Positions 1 through 11,100 of a stretch of DNA of 64,000 bases are shown one piece after another. Numbering within the stretch: position 1 is the stretch's first letter; every line of letters starts with the position of its first letter. Below the pieces are notes generated by a model. That model saw nothing but the letters and a program-made list of their open reading frames with translations, ran no database searches and had not been told where the DNA came from. The translations under genes and the position numbers were made by a program. The stretch is from positions 3,588 through 67,587 of the forward strand of contig JAZUOO010000022.1 in the NCBI GenBank assembly GCA_045604705.1, written 5' to 3'. This stretch comes from Eubacteriales bacterium (GTDB taxonomy: Bacteria; Bacillota; Clostridia; Oscillospirales; CAG-382).

Positions 1-510
1 AACAATTTCTGCCGCTGAAGACTGCTGTGCATTACCTGTATCAACACCTTCAGTCATGTAAGACTGGAGAGAGCTGGAGTCGATGGATTCGATAAGACCC
101 GTTGAAATAATAACGGGGATAAAGAATATCGCACGGAATACACCTCTGCCTATCATCTTCTGATTGAGTACCACCGCCATAAAGAGTGCGAAGATTACGA
201 TAGCGGGGACATCAAAGAGAAGCTGCTGTATACTGGCTATAAGTATCTGAAGGAACTGCGGGTCAGAGAAGATGGCTTCCCTGTAGTTCTCAAAGCCGCA
301 GAATGTAAGGGTGAACTGACCCTTAGGCATGGAAATAAGATTAAAGCTGTACCAAATCGAATTTAAAAGTATCGGCAGATATATAAAGACAAGTCCGATA
401 ACAAAGGGTAATACGAACCACCAACCGGCACGTGCCTTCTTTCTGTCAAGAGAGGCAGGCTTAGCCCTTTTGGTTACAGGCATCTGCTTTTTTGAAATTG
501 TATTATTCAT
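1..510 (-). CDS. carbohydrate ABC transporter permease (partial; continues beyond window start)
   Basis: Own translation from ATG at 510: MNNTISKKQM...GWWFVLPFVIGL...GFENYREAIFSDP...RGVFRAIFFIPVII, typical MalF/UgpA-type permease N-terminus; open to base 1; RBS GGAGAGGTG upstream. Confidence 0.85.
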   Translation of the reverse strand, partial: MNNTISKKQMPVTKRAKPASLDRKKARAGWWFVLPFVIGLVFIYLPILLNSIWYSFNLISMPKGQFTLTFCGFENYREAIFSDPQFLQILIASIQQLLFDVPAIVIFALFMAVVLNQKMIGRGVFRAIFFIPVIISTGLIESIDSSSLQSYMTEGVDTGNAQQSSAAEIV

Positions 511-527
511 TTTTTCACCTCTCCTTA

Positions 528-3500
528 TTATTTACCGAACTTAACATAATCCATTGCGGGAATCATATGCTCAGTTCCTGCTTCATCCGTATAGGTGTAA
601 TCATCAATGTTGTAGTTGAGTACGAACTTTTCACCATTGCTGTATTCAACCTTTACAATTCTTGTATCAAGCGTTGTATGGTCGGTAATGGTTTCGTACT
701 TAACGCTTGAGAGTGCACCGTTGAGCTTGTTATATGTATCAACAAGGTCTTGGAGCCAGATGTTGTATCTGATGGAGTAATACTTACTGAAGTCTACAAA
801 TGACTTAAGCTCGGATGCGTTGGCGTGCTGATAGGAAAGAATGAAGTAGGGCGATGCACCGTTTTCAATTGCCTTTAGAACACTCTTTTCATAGTCACCG
901 TCGAGATTTATTGCAGTTCCTGCGAAGTTCTTGTATCCGTGAAGTACCATACCTGTGAAAGGAACAGCCTCGGATGCGAATACGTTTTCGCTGGAACTGA
1001 GCGGTACATTGATGATGTGATCCGCATACTTAAGTGCATAAGCATTGCCGCCACTGATCATAACAGAACCGTTGTCCTGCTTCATTGCTCCGAGCAAGTC
1101 CTTAATTGCTTCCTTTGCGTCCTCACGGGTATATGCATATTCATCGTTATGATCGGATGAAAGGTCGGAACCGAGAGTACCAACAGAAAGTCCGCTTGCT
1201 CCAAGTGCCTTGTAATCCTCAGCTATCTTATCGTAATATGTCACCATAGCAAGAGGTGATATGATAAGCTGACCGTCAGGCTCAAACATCTGGAACAGTG
1301 CACTGTATACCTTATGTACAGCAGTACGTCCGTCGATAGTCTGAACCGCATCACGCTTATAGCTGAAGCCGTCGCCAAAGCCTACCTTATTTACGTATGT
1401 AAATTCAAGATCAGGATATATCTTTGCACCGATGCTTTCAGCGTATTTGGAAAGCTCTGCAAGGCTCATATCCTCGCTGATCTTTTTGTCAACCTTTACC
1501 TTTGAAGGAACAGTCTTGTAAAGACCACCGTTATACCAACCTGTGTACTTAATAATAAGGTTGGATGTGGTGTTGTAGGTATTTCCGTCATCAGCCTGCT
1601 TCTTACCTGTAAGCTCATCAATCATGGTTTTTGCATCAGCAAAAGTAGTAAGAGGAGTCTGTACACTATAAGGAATACCTGCCACTCTCTGTGTTGTCTC
1701 TACAGATCCGAATGTTTCGATGTAGAGGGGAATATCTGCACCGGTATCTTCAAGCTTTGTAAGCTCGCCCTTAGCTTCAAGATAATTTCTGAGAGCCGCA
1801 GCCATACCTGCTGTTGTAGCCTGTTCATCTCTTACGGGGATATACTTGATAGTGAAGTTACCTGTATATTTTCTGTTACTTGTTACAGACCATGTAGCAC
1901 TTCCCGTTGCGGAAAGACCGGTAAGCTCATAAGAGTCGGAAGGTCTGGGAGTGAATGTTGCATATGTGGAGTTGTAGTCGTGAACACCGCCACCGTGTGC
2001 CGTTGTGATCTCGGCAAGGGATTCACCCTCTTCGATGTAAGCGATGAAGCCGGATCTCATTGTCTTCTTTTCATCGTCAAACTTAACAAACTGACCGGAC
2101 TGTGCGATATTAACACTGTCTCTGGGATGGATAACAGGAAGACCTGTCAGAGGGTCAATTTCAACCTTTGCAGCTTCTTCATCTGCAAGAGCCTCAACAG
2201 TCTTAACAAGAAGATATGTATCTGCTTGGGCAAGCTTTGCATGAATGGTATAGTTATCAGGTACTTCAAAAGAAACTGTACCGGTAGCATCTGTCTTCTT
2301 TTCTTCTCCTCCGATTTTTACAAATGCATCGGCAACTGCCTTACCATCTTTGTCTGTGAACTTAACGGTAACTGAACCTGTGAAAGGTGCTTCTTTGGTA
2401 ACATCTTCTACAGCTTCTGTTCCCTCTTCAGTTTCAGTTCCTTCAGCGGTTTCTGTCGCCTTTGCCGCTTCTTCCGGCTCTTCTTCAACTTCGTATACAT
2501 CAGTTGTAACCGTAAGATCAGCAAGTACTTCATCTGTAGATACAACGGAGATAGAATATTCGTCGATAACAGCTTCCGCCCCATCAGTAGGTGCAGTTAC
2601 TGTTTCAGCTGCTGCTTCTTTAACCTTGGGACCTATCTTCTTATTTACATTGTTGCGATCATTCTTTGCTGCTTCACGGTCAGCCTTGATCTTAGCGATG
2701 TTGGCTTCAACATCGTCATAAGGAATGAGTTCGCCTGATTCGATGGCAGCCTTATAGGCATCGCCGTCAAATTCCCAATATTCAATATCACTTACGGTAC
2801 CGAACGCAGGGAGTCTCATAACTTCCTGATTTTCGCCGCCAATCTTGTGTAAAGAATAGTCCTGACCGTATACCTTACCGGTAATGGTAAGCTCTGCAAC
2901 TTCATCCTCAACATCTTCAAACCTTACGATGGAACCGGAACCGTCATTTATAAGCGTAAAGCCTGTTTCGTCCTTAGCGCCTGCGCCAAAGAAAGGAAGT
3001 ATCGTTATAGATGAAAGTGAAAACGAAGATGAATCAAATCTTATATCACTTGCAGGAACTCTTACTGTAAGTCCGTTTTCGTCAAGGAAGTATTCAATAG
3101 CCACCTTAAAGAGGGGGAGCTTATCAATAATTGCTTCATATTCAACCTTTGCATGGTCTGCATCAACATCGTCAAAGGTGTAATCTGTATATGTTGTGAT
3201 AAGATATTCAAGCTGCTTCTTATCTCTTACCGTGGTGTCGCTTCCGATGATGTAAATGGCATACTTTTCAGTAATCGGCCATGTCCTCATCATATCCTTT
3301 TTGGTTTCTTCCGTAAGCTTTGCGGAGTTTGGATCCTTGAGCGAGAAGAACGCCTTCATATATTCATAAGGATTCTTATTGATAACCTCATCATAGATCT
3401 TCTTTCCGTTTTCGTCTGTCTGAGGCATCTTGTTAAGAATCTCTTCCTCAAATCTTGATTTTTCAATCATTTCAGGAACAAGAATTCTTGCCTGCTCACG

Positions 3501-3974
3501 TCCCATTGTGTAGTTTACGCGAATACCGCCTCTGATTCTTTCGAGCTTAATCTGACGGTTCTTTGCCGCTTCAACATAGGATGTCATGATAGTTTCCTTA
3601 GAGCCGTCTGAGTATTTCAGAAGCACCTGAGAAAGAAGTCTCTGTTTGGGTTCGACTGACTTTTTCATTGCACCGACATCATAAGGATTTGAAAAGAGTA
3701 TCTGATCGTCAGCACCATCCTTACCCTTGGTTACAAGTGCAATCTCACCTGTTTCCTCAAGAGCCCAGAGCTGATAATCGCCCTTTTCGTCGTACATTTT
3801 CATGGTTGCGAGCTTTTCTTCGGGCGAATTATACTCGATAGTGGTATAATCCACAAGCTCATATACTATTTCTTCCTCTTCCTCATCTTTTGCTGCTGCA
3901 AAAGAAGTCACAATAAATGAATTTGCAAGAAGAACTCCGGAAAGAAGAAGTGCAAATAACTTTTTAAATTTCAT
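528..3974 (-). CDS. secreted DUF5696-like protein (putative glycoside hydrolase-like), 1148 aa
   Basis: N-terminal signal peptide; C-terminal motifs VPFTGMVLHG, VLKAIENGASPYF, ITDHTTL recalled as typical of the DUF5696 family; lies within a sugar ABC operon; central acidic linker and Ig-like insert. Confidence 0.7.
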   Translation of the reverse strand: MKFKKLFALLLSGVLLANSFIVTSFAAAKDEEEEEIVYELVDYTTIEYNSPEEKLATMKMYDEKGDYQLWALEETGEIALVTKGKDGADDQILFSNPYDVGAMKKSVEPKQRLLSQVLLKYSDGSKETIMTSYVEAAKNRQIKLERIRGGIRVNYTMGREQARILVPEMIEKSRFEEEILNKMPQTDENGKKIYDEVINKNPYEYMKAFFSLKDPNSAKLTEETKKDMMRTWPITEKYAIYIIGSDTTVRDKKQLEYLITTYTDYTFDDVDADHAKVEYEAIIDKLPLFKVAIEYFLDENGLTVRVPASDIRFDSSSFSLSSITILPFFGAGAKDETGFTLINDGSGSIVRFEDVEDEVAELTITGKVYGQDYSLHKIGGENQEVMRLPAFGTVSDIEYWEFDGDAYKAAIESGELIPYDDVEANIAKIKADREAAKNDRNNVNKKIGPKVKEAAAETVTAPTDGAEAVIDEYSISVVSTDEVLADLTVTTDVYEVEEEPEEAAKATETAEGTETEEGTEAVEDVTKEAPFTGSVTVKFTDKDGKAVADAFVKIGGEEKKTDATGTVSFEVPDNYTIHAKLAQADTYLLVKTVEALADEEAAKVEIDPLTGLPVIHPRDSVNIAQSGQFVKFDDEKKTMRSGFIAYIEEGESLAEITTAHGGGVHDYNSTYATFTPRPSDSYELTGLSATGSATWSVTSNRKYTGNFTIKYIPVRDEQATTAGMAAALRNYLEAKGELTKLEDTGADIPLYIETFGSVETTQRVAGIPYSVQTPLTTFADAKTMIDELTGKKQADDGNTYNTTSNLIIKYTGWYNGGLYKTVPSKVKVDKKISEDMSLAELSKYAESIGAKIYPDLEFTYVNKVGFGDGFSYKRDAVQTIDGRTAVHKVYSALFQMFEPDGQLIISPLAMVTYYDKIAEDYKALGASGLSVGTLGSDLSSDHNDEYAYTREDAKEAIKDLLGAMKQDNGSVMISGGNAYALKYADHIINVPLSSSENVFASEAVPFTGMVLHGYKNFAGTAINLDGDYEKSVLKAIENGASPYFILSYQHANASELKSFVDFSKYYSIRYNIWLQDLVDTYNKLNGALSSVKYETITDHTTLDTRIVKVEYSNGEKFVLNYNIDDYTYTDEAGTEHMIPAMDYVKFGK

Positions 3975-3992
3975 TTTTATACCTCCCCTTTC

Positions 3993-6254
3993 CTATACTC
4001 TGTATGACAATTCAAGGATTATGTTATATACGAAGGAGAATATCTTTCCGACAAGGCTGGAGAAGAGTATTCCCAGGAACATGATAAACGCCATACCTAC
4101 GATGGAAGCGATACATGTAAGAACATTCTTGAAGAGTGAATAGTCGTGGATGGTCATCATGCCAAAGAACAAGAGGAAACCTACCCAGAAGTAACCGATA
4201 CCTACAAAGAGTGATACAAAACCTATTTCGGACACTGTGATAAAGTTGGAATAGAGAGTTGTAAGAATAATGAATGCGGGAAGCGGGAACAACGAATAAC
4301 AGGTTGCAATAAAGATGTCACGAAGGCTTCCTTCGCCGTCGAACAGTGTTGTAAGACACCAGTTGGCAATCGTCCAAAGGAGAACGGGAAGAGCGATAGC
4401 TGCAACGGACATTAATATTGAAACATCCGCCGGCACAGCGTTCATAACATAACCCTGCCCGATAGACTGATAGATGAATGCAATTGCCGTAAATGCGAAT
4501 ACAAGAAGTGCACCCTTGATGGAAGCTCTGTATTCATGCTTAATATCGTAGAAGCCGTCGAAGGGGTGGAACATTACATGGAAACCATAGCAATACTCAC
4601 TCCAAAGAGTTCTCTTTTTCTTTACTACTTCCTCTTTCTTGTTGGTCTTCCCTACTGCCTTCATAAACTTTGAGAGTACAAAAAGCACCACGATTACAGA
4701 AATCGGAATAAGAATCATATACTTCTTTATCCAGATCTTTCTCAGATCCTGGAAGCAGTCAGACCAGTTGGCTGTATCGTATGCATATTCGTAGTTAGCC
4801 ATAGCTTCCTGGAAGAGCTCAACCTTTCTGGGGTTATCATCCGAAAGAGTTGAAGCTTCTCTGTAAAGGGACTTACCGATACCGATATATGACATATCGA
4901 AGTTGGAGTTGAGCTGAAGAATATCCTCCCAAAGCTGCTCCGCTTCAGCGTATCTTCTTTCGAGGTTAGCAACAATAGCAGCGTTAAGTGCATCACCGTA
5001 GGATGTACGCTTAAACACCGTGATGTTCTTGTTTGTGCTGTCAAGAAGGAGCAAATTGTTGCCATGATATTCAATAGCTGCAAGAGCCTGAATGTTACCA
5101 AGCTGATTACCCTTATCTCCGAAGGCGAAAAGGAGTCTTCCTTCCTGGTCATATGTAAATACTCTGGATCTCTTTTCGTCAATTATAGACCATGTACCGT
5201 TCGGGCCGAGAGCTACGTCAGTCACCGTAGAAGCGCCTGTTGCAACAGAATCATTTGATGAATCCTGATTAACCGTAACTTCACCGGAGGGTGGGAAGAA
5301 GCCTGTACGCTTCATAACGTCATCCCCATGGGGAGAGAGCTTCTTAACGGGAGCATATGTGCCACTCTTATTCTTGCTTGTGATAGCCTGCATCTGCAGT
5401 GAGTCGGAAATTGTAGATGTTGTTGCATAAACAAACCCGTCTCCGTCGATGTTGATGTTATTATACTCGGTAGAAACCGTCTTAACGGACATCTGTCTCT
5501 GTTTTTCTGTCTGGAAAGCTCTCCAGATGATGTCAATAATGGAAGTCTGCTGAGTCTGTGCACCGAGGAATCCGAAGAAGGAACCGTCCGTGTTCATGGA
5601 GATGATACCCTGGTGGGTAAACTCACCAACGGAATAAACTCTTCCTACCTTGTCAACCGCAATAGCGATAGGTCTGAAGATGTGACCTTCCGCAAATACG
5701 TCGGATTCAGGCTGATAGATTGTTGTATTGTAAACGATGTTATCCGCATTTTCCTGGGCTGTAAGCTCGGAATCAACATTTGTCACATCAAATACAAGGA
5801 TTCTGTTCTGTGTGGAATCACAGACATAAAGTGTCTTTGTGTTGAGTGCGTTGTCGCCTTCAGCGTAATCCTCAGCTCTTGCAGGAGTTACGAATACTGC
5901 GGCGGGAGAAATGATCTTATCGGGAACACCCCATTCGTTTGTGAATGTGCTGATTGTAGCCACAACATTAAATTTTTCGTTGAGGATTACAACAGAACCT
6001 GTTTCAGTACCCTGATCGGAAATATAGATGAACTTTTCAAAGTCGACGCAGAAATCCGTAGGGTTTGCAAGCGTAACTCCGAGGAATTCCTGGTCAATAA
6101 CCTGATAAGGTACATAGGCATGGGGGGATTCCATATACTGTCCGTCAATGTCGTAGGTGTATGTCGAGTAAGGAATAATCGCATTTACGGGCATACATCC
6201 GAGCATGACAACAAAACATACGATAAGGAGTAATATTCTTTTTAAATTCTTCAT
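3993..6254 (-). CDS. NHL-repeat beta-propeller / TPR / YIP1 membrane domain fusion protein
   Basis: Signal peptide, PYSTYTY start, NHL-like repeats (PTDFCVD..IYISD, PIAIAVDKVGRVY), TPR-like segment, HPFDGFYDIKHE followed by about 5 TM helices (YIP1-like). Confidence 0.8.
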   Translation of the reverse strand: MKNLKRILLLIVCFVVMLGCMPVNAIIPYSTYTYDIDGQYMESPHAYVPYQVIDQEFLGVTLANPTDFCVDFEKFIYISDQGTETGSVVILNEKFNVVATISTFTNEWGVPDKIISPAAVFVTPARAEDYAEGDNALNTKTLYVCDSTQNRILVFDVTNVDSELTAQENADNIVYNTTIYQPESDVFAEGHIFRPIAIAVDKVGRVYSVGEFTHQGIISMNTDGSFFGFLGAQTQQTSIIDIIWRAFQTEKQRQMSVKTVSTEYNNINIDGDGFVYATTSTISDSLQMQAITSKNKSGTYAPVKKLSPHGDDVMKRTGFFPPSGEVTVNQDSSNDSVATGASTVTDVALGPNGTWSIIDEKRSRVFTYDQEGRLLFAFGDKGNQLGNIQALAAIEYHGNNLLLLDSTNKNITVFKRTSYGDALNAAIVANLERRYAEAEQLWEDILQLNSNFDMSYIGIGKSLYREASTLSDDNPRKVELFQEAMANYEYAYDTANWSDCFQDLRKIWIKKYMILIPISVIVVLFVLSKFMKAVGKTNKKEEVVKKKRTLWSEYCYGFHVMFHPFDGFYDIKHEYRASIKGALLVFAFTAIAFIYQSIGQGYVMNAVPADVSILMSVAAIALPVLLWTIANWCLTTLFDGEGSLRDIFIATCYSLFPLPAFIILTTLYSNFITVSEIGFVSLFVGIGYFWVGFLLFFGMMTIHDYSLFKNVLTCIASIVGMAFIMFLGILFSSLVGKIFSFVYNIILELSYRV

Positions 6255-6268
6255 TCGTTATTCCCTCC

Positions 6269-7138
6269 TTAGTCTTTCATACCGGATGAAGCCATTGTTT
6301 CGATAATGTTACTCTGTGTGATAACGAATACAGTAATCGGAACAAGCATCATAATAACCGTTGAAGCAGCTGCTGCACCGGAACGAACGATACCGCCGGC
6401 GAGGATCTGCTGGATAGCGTAGTTGAATGTCTTGAGCTCTTCGGAATATATGTAATTGGATGTACCGGTATTCCAAAGACCCTGGAACGAGTAAACTATA
6501 AGCGTCAGCCAAGCGGGCTTAACCATAGGCATTACTATCTTCCAGTAAATTAAAACCTCTTTAGCACCGTCAAGTCTTGCTGATTCAAGAACGGAGTCCG
6601 GAACGGATGTCTCCATGAACTGCTTCATAAGGTACAGACCGAGTGTTGAACCGAATGCGGGAATGATAAGAGCCCAATATGTATCTATCCATCCGAGAGC
6701 TGACATAATGATGTAGCTGGAGATGGAACCAACCGTCTGATGGAACATCAGGGACTTCTGAACGAGCTGGAACATACCCTTTCTTCCGGGGAAAGGAATC
6801 TTAGTCAGCGCGTAAGATGCCATTGAAGCGAGGAACAGGTGACCGAAGGTACCGCCAACCGCAACAAGAGCAGTATTAAAGATGTATCTTGAGAAAGGAA
6901 CCCAGGATGTACTCATGAGCTTGAAGAGGTCTCCAAAGTTCTTAAGTGAAGGGCTTTTAACAAAGAATCTCGGAGGGAACATCCAAAGCTCATCCAAGGG
7001 CTTTAGCGACTGAGAAATCGCATAAACCATAGGGAGGAACATGAATGCACCAAAAAGTATGAGAAGAATGTTAATACCCATATCGCCGCCGGCAGATCGG
7101 TTAAGACGATGTTTCTTTATCAATCTTATTTTTTTCAT
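6269..7138 (-). CDS. carbohydrate ABC transporter permease (MalG/UgpE type)
   Basis: EAA-like loop SVLESARLDGA, multiple TM helices. Confidence 0.92.
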   Translation of the reverse strand: MKKIRLIKKHRLNRSAGGDMGINILLILFGAFMFLPMVYAISQSLKPLDELWMFPPRFFVKSPSLKNFGDLFKLMSTSWVPFSRYIFNTALVAVGGTFGHLFLASMASYALTKIPFPGRKGMFQLVQKSLMFHQTVGSISSYIIMSALGWIDTYWALIIPAFGSTLGLYLMKQFMETSVPDSVLESARLDGAKEVLIYWKIVMPMVKPAWLTLIVYSFQGLWNTGTSNYIYSEELKTFNYAIQQILAGGIVRSGAAAASTVIMMLVPITVFVITQSNIIETMASSGMKD

Positions 7139-7139
7139 A

Positions 7140-8096
7140 TCACTTACCTACCTTCGACAGCATTTTGTTTATAATTGTGTTGGCAGCAATCTGAATAATA
7201 AAGAGGAGAGTCGCAATAGCGGAAGCATATCCGACCTCCCAACGTGATCCGCCGTAATCCTCGAGGTGGTGCATGATGGTCCATGCGCAGTAGTCGGGGG
7301 ATGGGAATCCGCAGAGTGCTGTGATGATTGCTCCGAACCCGAAGGATGATGTGATGGCCATAACGGCAGCAAACATCATCTGGTTTCTCATGGTAGGAAG
7401 TGTAACATACCAAAGCTCCTGCCATCTGTTCTTGATTCCGTCAACCGCAGCAGCTTCGTAGAGAGACTTGTCAACTACCTGGAAGCCGGCAATGAAGGAA
7501 AGGAAGGAGGTACCGAGAGAAGTCCAAAGGGCAACCACGATAACGAGTGGCATAATGTAGTTCGCATCAGAGAACCACAATATAGGCTGATTTATAATAC
7601 CGAGCTTCATAAGCAGACCGTTTACATAACCGTACTGGTCACCGGAGAAGAGCACCTGCCAGATGAGGTATACCTGACCTGAGATGGAAGGTGCGTAGAA
7701 GATAAGTGTTACAATGGAACGAATCTTAGGAGTAAGTTCGTTGATAAACCACGCAAACAACAGTGAAAGCAGGTATGAGAACGGACCTGTCATTGTTGCA
7801 AAAATAAGCGTATTTTGAATTGCGAGAAGGAAAATATCGTCGTCAAGAAGAAGTCTTATGTAGTTATCAATACCGATTATTCTCGGCATTTCAAGCATAT
7901 TAAAGTTTGTAAAGCTGAGAAATAGCGAGAGGATAACCGGCACTACGGTAAATGTAAGGAATATTATGTAGTAGGGGGCTACCATTGCATAACCGCGCCA
8001 GTTTACTTTCATATTTCGGATCGTCCACTGAAACTTTGTCATGTCTTTTCTCAGCTTCGGCTTCTGCTGTTTAGTTTCAAGCGTCTTTTCAGACAT
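7140..8096 (-). CDS. carbohydrate ABC transporter permease (MalF/UgpA type)
   Basis: EAA loop LYEAAAVDG, GYASAIA motif, TM helices. Confidence 0.92.
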   Translation of the reverse strand: MSEKTLETKQQKPKLRKDMTKFQWTIRNMKVNWRGYAMVAPYYIIFLTFTVVPVILSLFLSFTNFNMLEMPRIIGIDNYIRLLLDDDIFLLAIQNTLIFATMTGPFSYLLSLLFAWFINELTPKIRSIVTLIFYAPSISGQVYLIWQVLFSGDQYGYVNGLLMKLGIINQPILWFSDANYIMPLVIVVALWTSLGTSFLSFIAGFQVVDKSLYEAAAVDGIKNRWQELWYVTLPTMRNQMMFAAVMAITSSFGFGAIITALCGFPSPDYCAWTIMHHLEDYGGSRWEVGYASAIATLLFIIQIAANTIINKMLSKVGK

Positions 8097-8142
8097 TTAA
8101 TTCACTCCTTAGTTAAATTTTTTCCGAAGCAAGAAACACGGT

Positions 8143-11100
8143 CTACTTTGCCGTATTCCTTGCATCTTCTTCGTCCGCGAGCTTGCCGAGATACTCAAGC
8201 TCAACGGGGCTGCCTGTAAGCTCAGAGAGTCTTTCTTCCTGTTCCGCCTTGTATTCTCTGAGAGTTTCCTCCTGGATACGGAAGTCATATTCGTCTCTCT
8301 TTCTGCTAATTTCCTTATTAATGTCTGAAATGTAGCTCTGCATAGCATCTGCCGGAGTAGCACCGTTGTTGTAAACAGAGAGGAATGCAAACTGCTGGTT
8401 ACGTGCTACAATGTAGTTACCGGGAGTCATGGGAGTACCTTCAAGGGATTCAAACTGCTGCTCGATGGAACGTCTCTCATCTGCAGACCAGGACTGTGAA
8501 AGCATAGCGTTCATGTTAGCCGTATTGTACTTTGCAGCAGTACCGATGATAGCAACCTGTTCATTACCGAACATACCCTGGATTTCTGCAGATGTCCACC
8601 ACTTGAGGTAATTCCAGGAAGCTCTGTACTTTTCATCTTCACTGTCCTTCTTCTTCATAATCATAACAGAACCAACACCTGCGGGAGCCGTATGATCTAT
8701 ATAAGAGTAAGTGTTTCCGTTTTCGTCGATACCCTGACGAAGAGATCCGGGGAGCTGAACAAATTCCCAAAGACCCTTGATTTCGGGTGCGAATACGGTG
8801 AGCTGGTTGTAGAGAGAGTAATCTGCGATACCGAGAGGCATTTCGCCTGTTCTGAATCTGTTAGCAAAGTCGTATGTATAAGGCTGCTGATACTGAGTGA
8901 AGAAATCACACATTGTCTTGAATGCGTCAAGAGCCTCGTTGGAGTCAAAGTTTGTAGCCATACCGTAGCTTGCTACATCATCACCTCTGTAGTACGGAAC
9001 ATCATTCTGATACATAATGTACTGCATAAGACCTGTGTTAAGACCGATCTCCATGTTCTTGTCGGAGAATACACGGATAAGGTTGTAGAGATCATCCCAT
9101 GTTTCGGGAACCTTAACGTCCTGGTCACCAAGCTCGTTCTGAAGCTCTGCAAAGATGTCCTTTCTGTAGAACATCATCGGGAAGCTCTGTGTTTCCGGAA
9201 GACCGTAGAGAGCCTTTGAGTAGTATTCATCATACTCATCGCCTATGGGAACATAGTCAGGGTTGTAAATTTCAAGAGGAATAAATGCCGCGGGAGCAAA
9301 GTCTTTTTTTACTTCGTCAAGGTCTTCTCTTGTAAAGTACTTTGGAGTTCCGTCTTCATTCTTTGCTTCGTGGATATTCCTGTCATTAAGGTTAAGAACG
9401 GCATTTCTTACACCGTAGCTTACCGGGTCACCGTCCATGGAAACATCGGGGCCCATACCTGCAAGTGTTGCGGGAAGAAGTGTACCTGCTGCAATAAGCT
9501 TGAGGTTTACTGCGGGGTATCCCTCGGGGTCATTATATGTCTTTGCCATTCCCGAGAATGTGGGAAGCATCTGACGAACGATCTGAGCCTGGTCGCGACC
9601 CGTTGTGATCCATACTTCGAGAACGTCATCATCATTTTCAAGGTTTTCCGTTGCACCAACGGAGTTGTAGTTAGTGAAGAAGGAGTTCCAGAAAGCTGCA
9701 AATTCGTGACCTACATTTCTGAAGAATCCTGCGTTAGCCTCTGGGCAGTAGTAATCTTCCTTTGCGGGAACTACAAGGAGGTAGTCAAGTGCAAGAGGCT
9801 GATTTCTCGCCGTAAGGATCCATGTGCCGAGAGTACCGATATAGGACTTGAAGTTGGAGAGATTTGAAGCAACCTTATCCTGGTCATGTCCCATAATATC
9901 AAGAAGGTACGCAATCTTATCAAGCGTTACGGACTGGTCACCCTTTTCACCAACCAATTCTTCAAGTCTTGCGGAAACGTTCTCAAGTATTTTCTGTTCA
10001 CTTCTCATACCGCTGAGAACGTCGGGAATAAGATCATCGAAATTATAGTCAAGATAAGAGTCGGGCTGAGTACCTGTAATCATGAGTATCTTTCTGTAGT
10101 ATTCGTTCATTCTCTGAATACTTTCGTTAATCTCAAGAATAACGTCACCCATGTCACCGAGAACTACTTCCATTCTGAGTGTATATCTTACACCCTTCTT
10201 GAAGTAGAACTTGAAATCCTGATATTCTGTCTTATCACTACCGTCATTATTTGTACCTACAACAACATCGCCGCCCAAAGGCTTTGTTGTCCACTCATCG
10301 GAATACTCGAATCTGATGCTTCTTGCTTCCTTGAAAGGCTCAATGTATTCGCCGTCACCTTCCTTGATATATACTTTTCTTGAGGAGAAAAGACCTGCGT
10401 TTACATTCTGCATATATCTCGGAACAATATAGTAAAGACCGTCTGCAGGAACTTCAAATTCCCAGTCAACCCACTGACCAGCCAGCTGCCACTTCTCACC
10501 ACCTATGATGTTGAGCTTGATTTCGGAGGAGTGCTGCGGGTCTGTGATGGGAGAAGTTCTGTCGTTAAGAGGATAGATTACCTGTTCGCTTGTAGCTGTC
10601 ATGAACTCAGCATCAATCTTAACGATGTCATCAGTAGCTGCAGTCTTTGCATCCTTGTGAGCTTCTCCATATTCCTTATAGCTTACAACTTCTTTTGCGG
10701 GGGCAAAGGTGAAGCTCTTGATAAGGAGAGGTTCGCGGGAAGCATCAAGTGCTATAACGTGTTCACCTGCTTCAAGGTAGAATTCAAAGGGTTCTTCATA
10801 GAACTCATTTGCATCCTTGAATGTGAGAGTCATGGGCTTAGGATCTTCAACCTTCTGAGGACGAATCTCATTGTAGTAAACGTCGTACTTGAAGTATCTA
10901 CCGTTTTCACGCTCGGACTTAAGGCTCTTTTCAACCTTCTTGTCTTCACCCTCGAAAACAATGCTGTCGTCTGCACTTTCAAGATCCTTGCCTATCTTCC
11001 ATGTCTGCGAAGGCTGCACATAACCGGTTCTTGTTCCGTCCACGTTAATGGGAGAGAAATCATCGATCCAGTTTCTTGTAAAAGTTATGTAACGAGCTTC

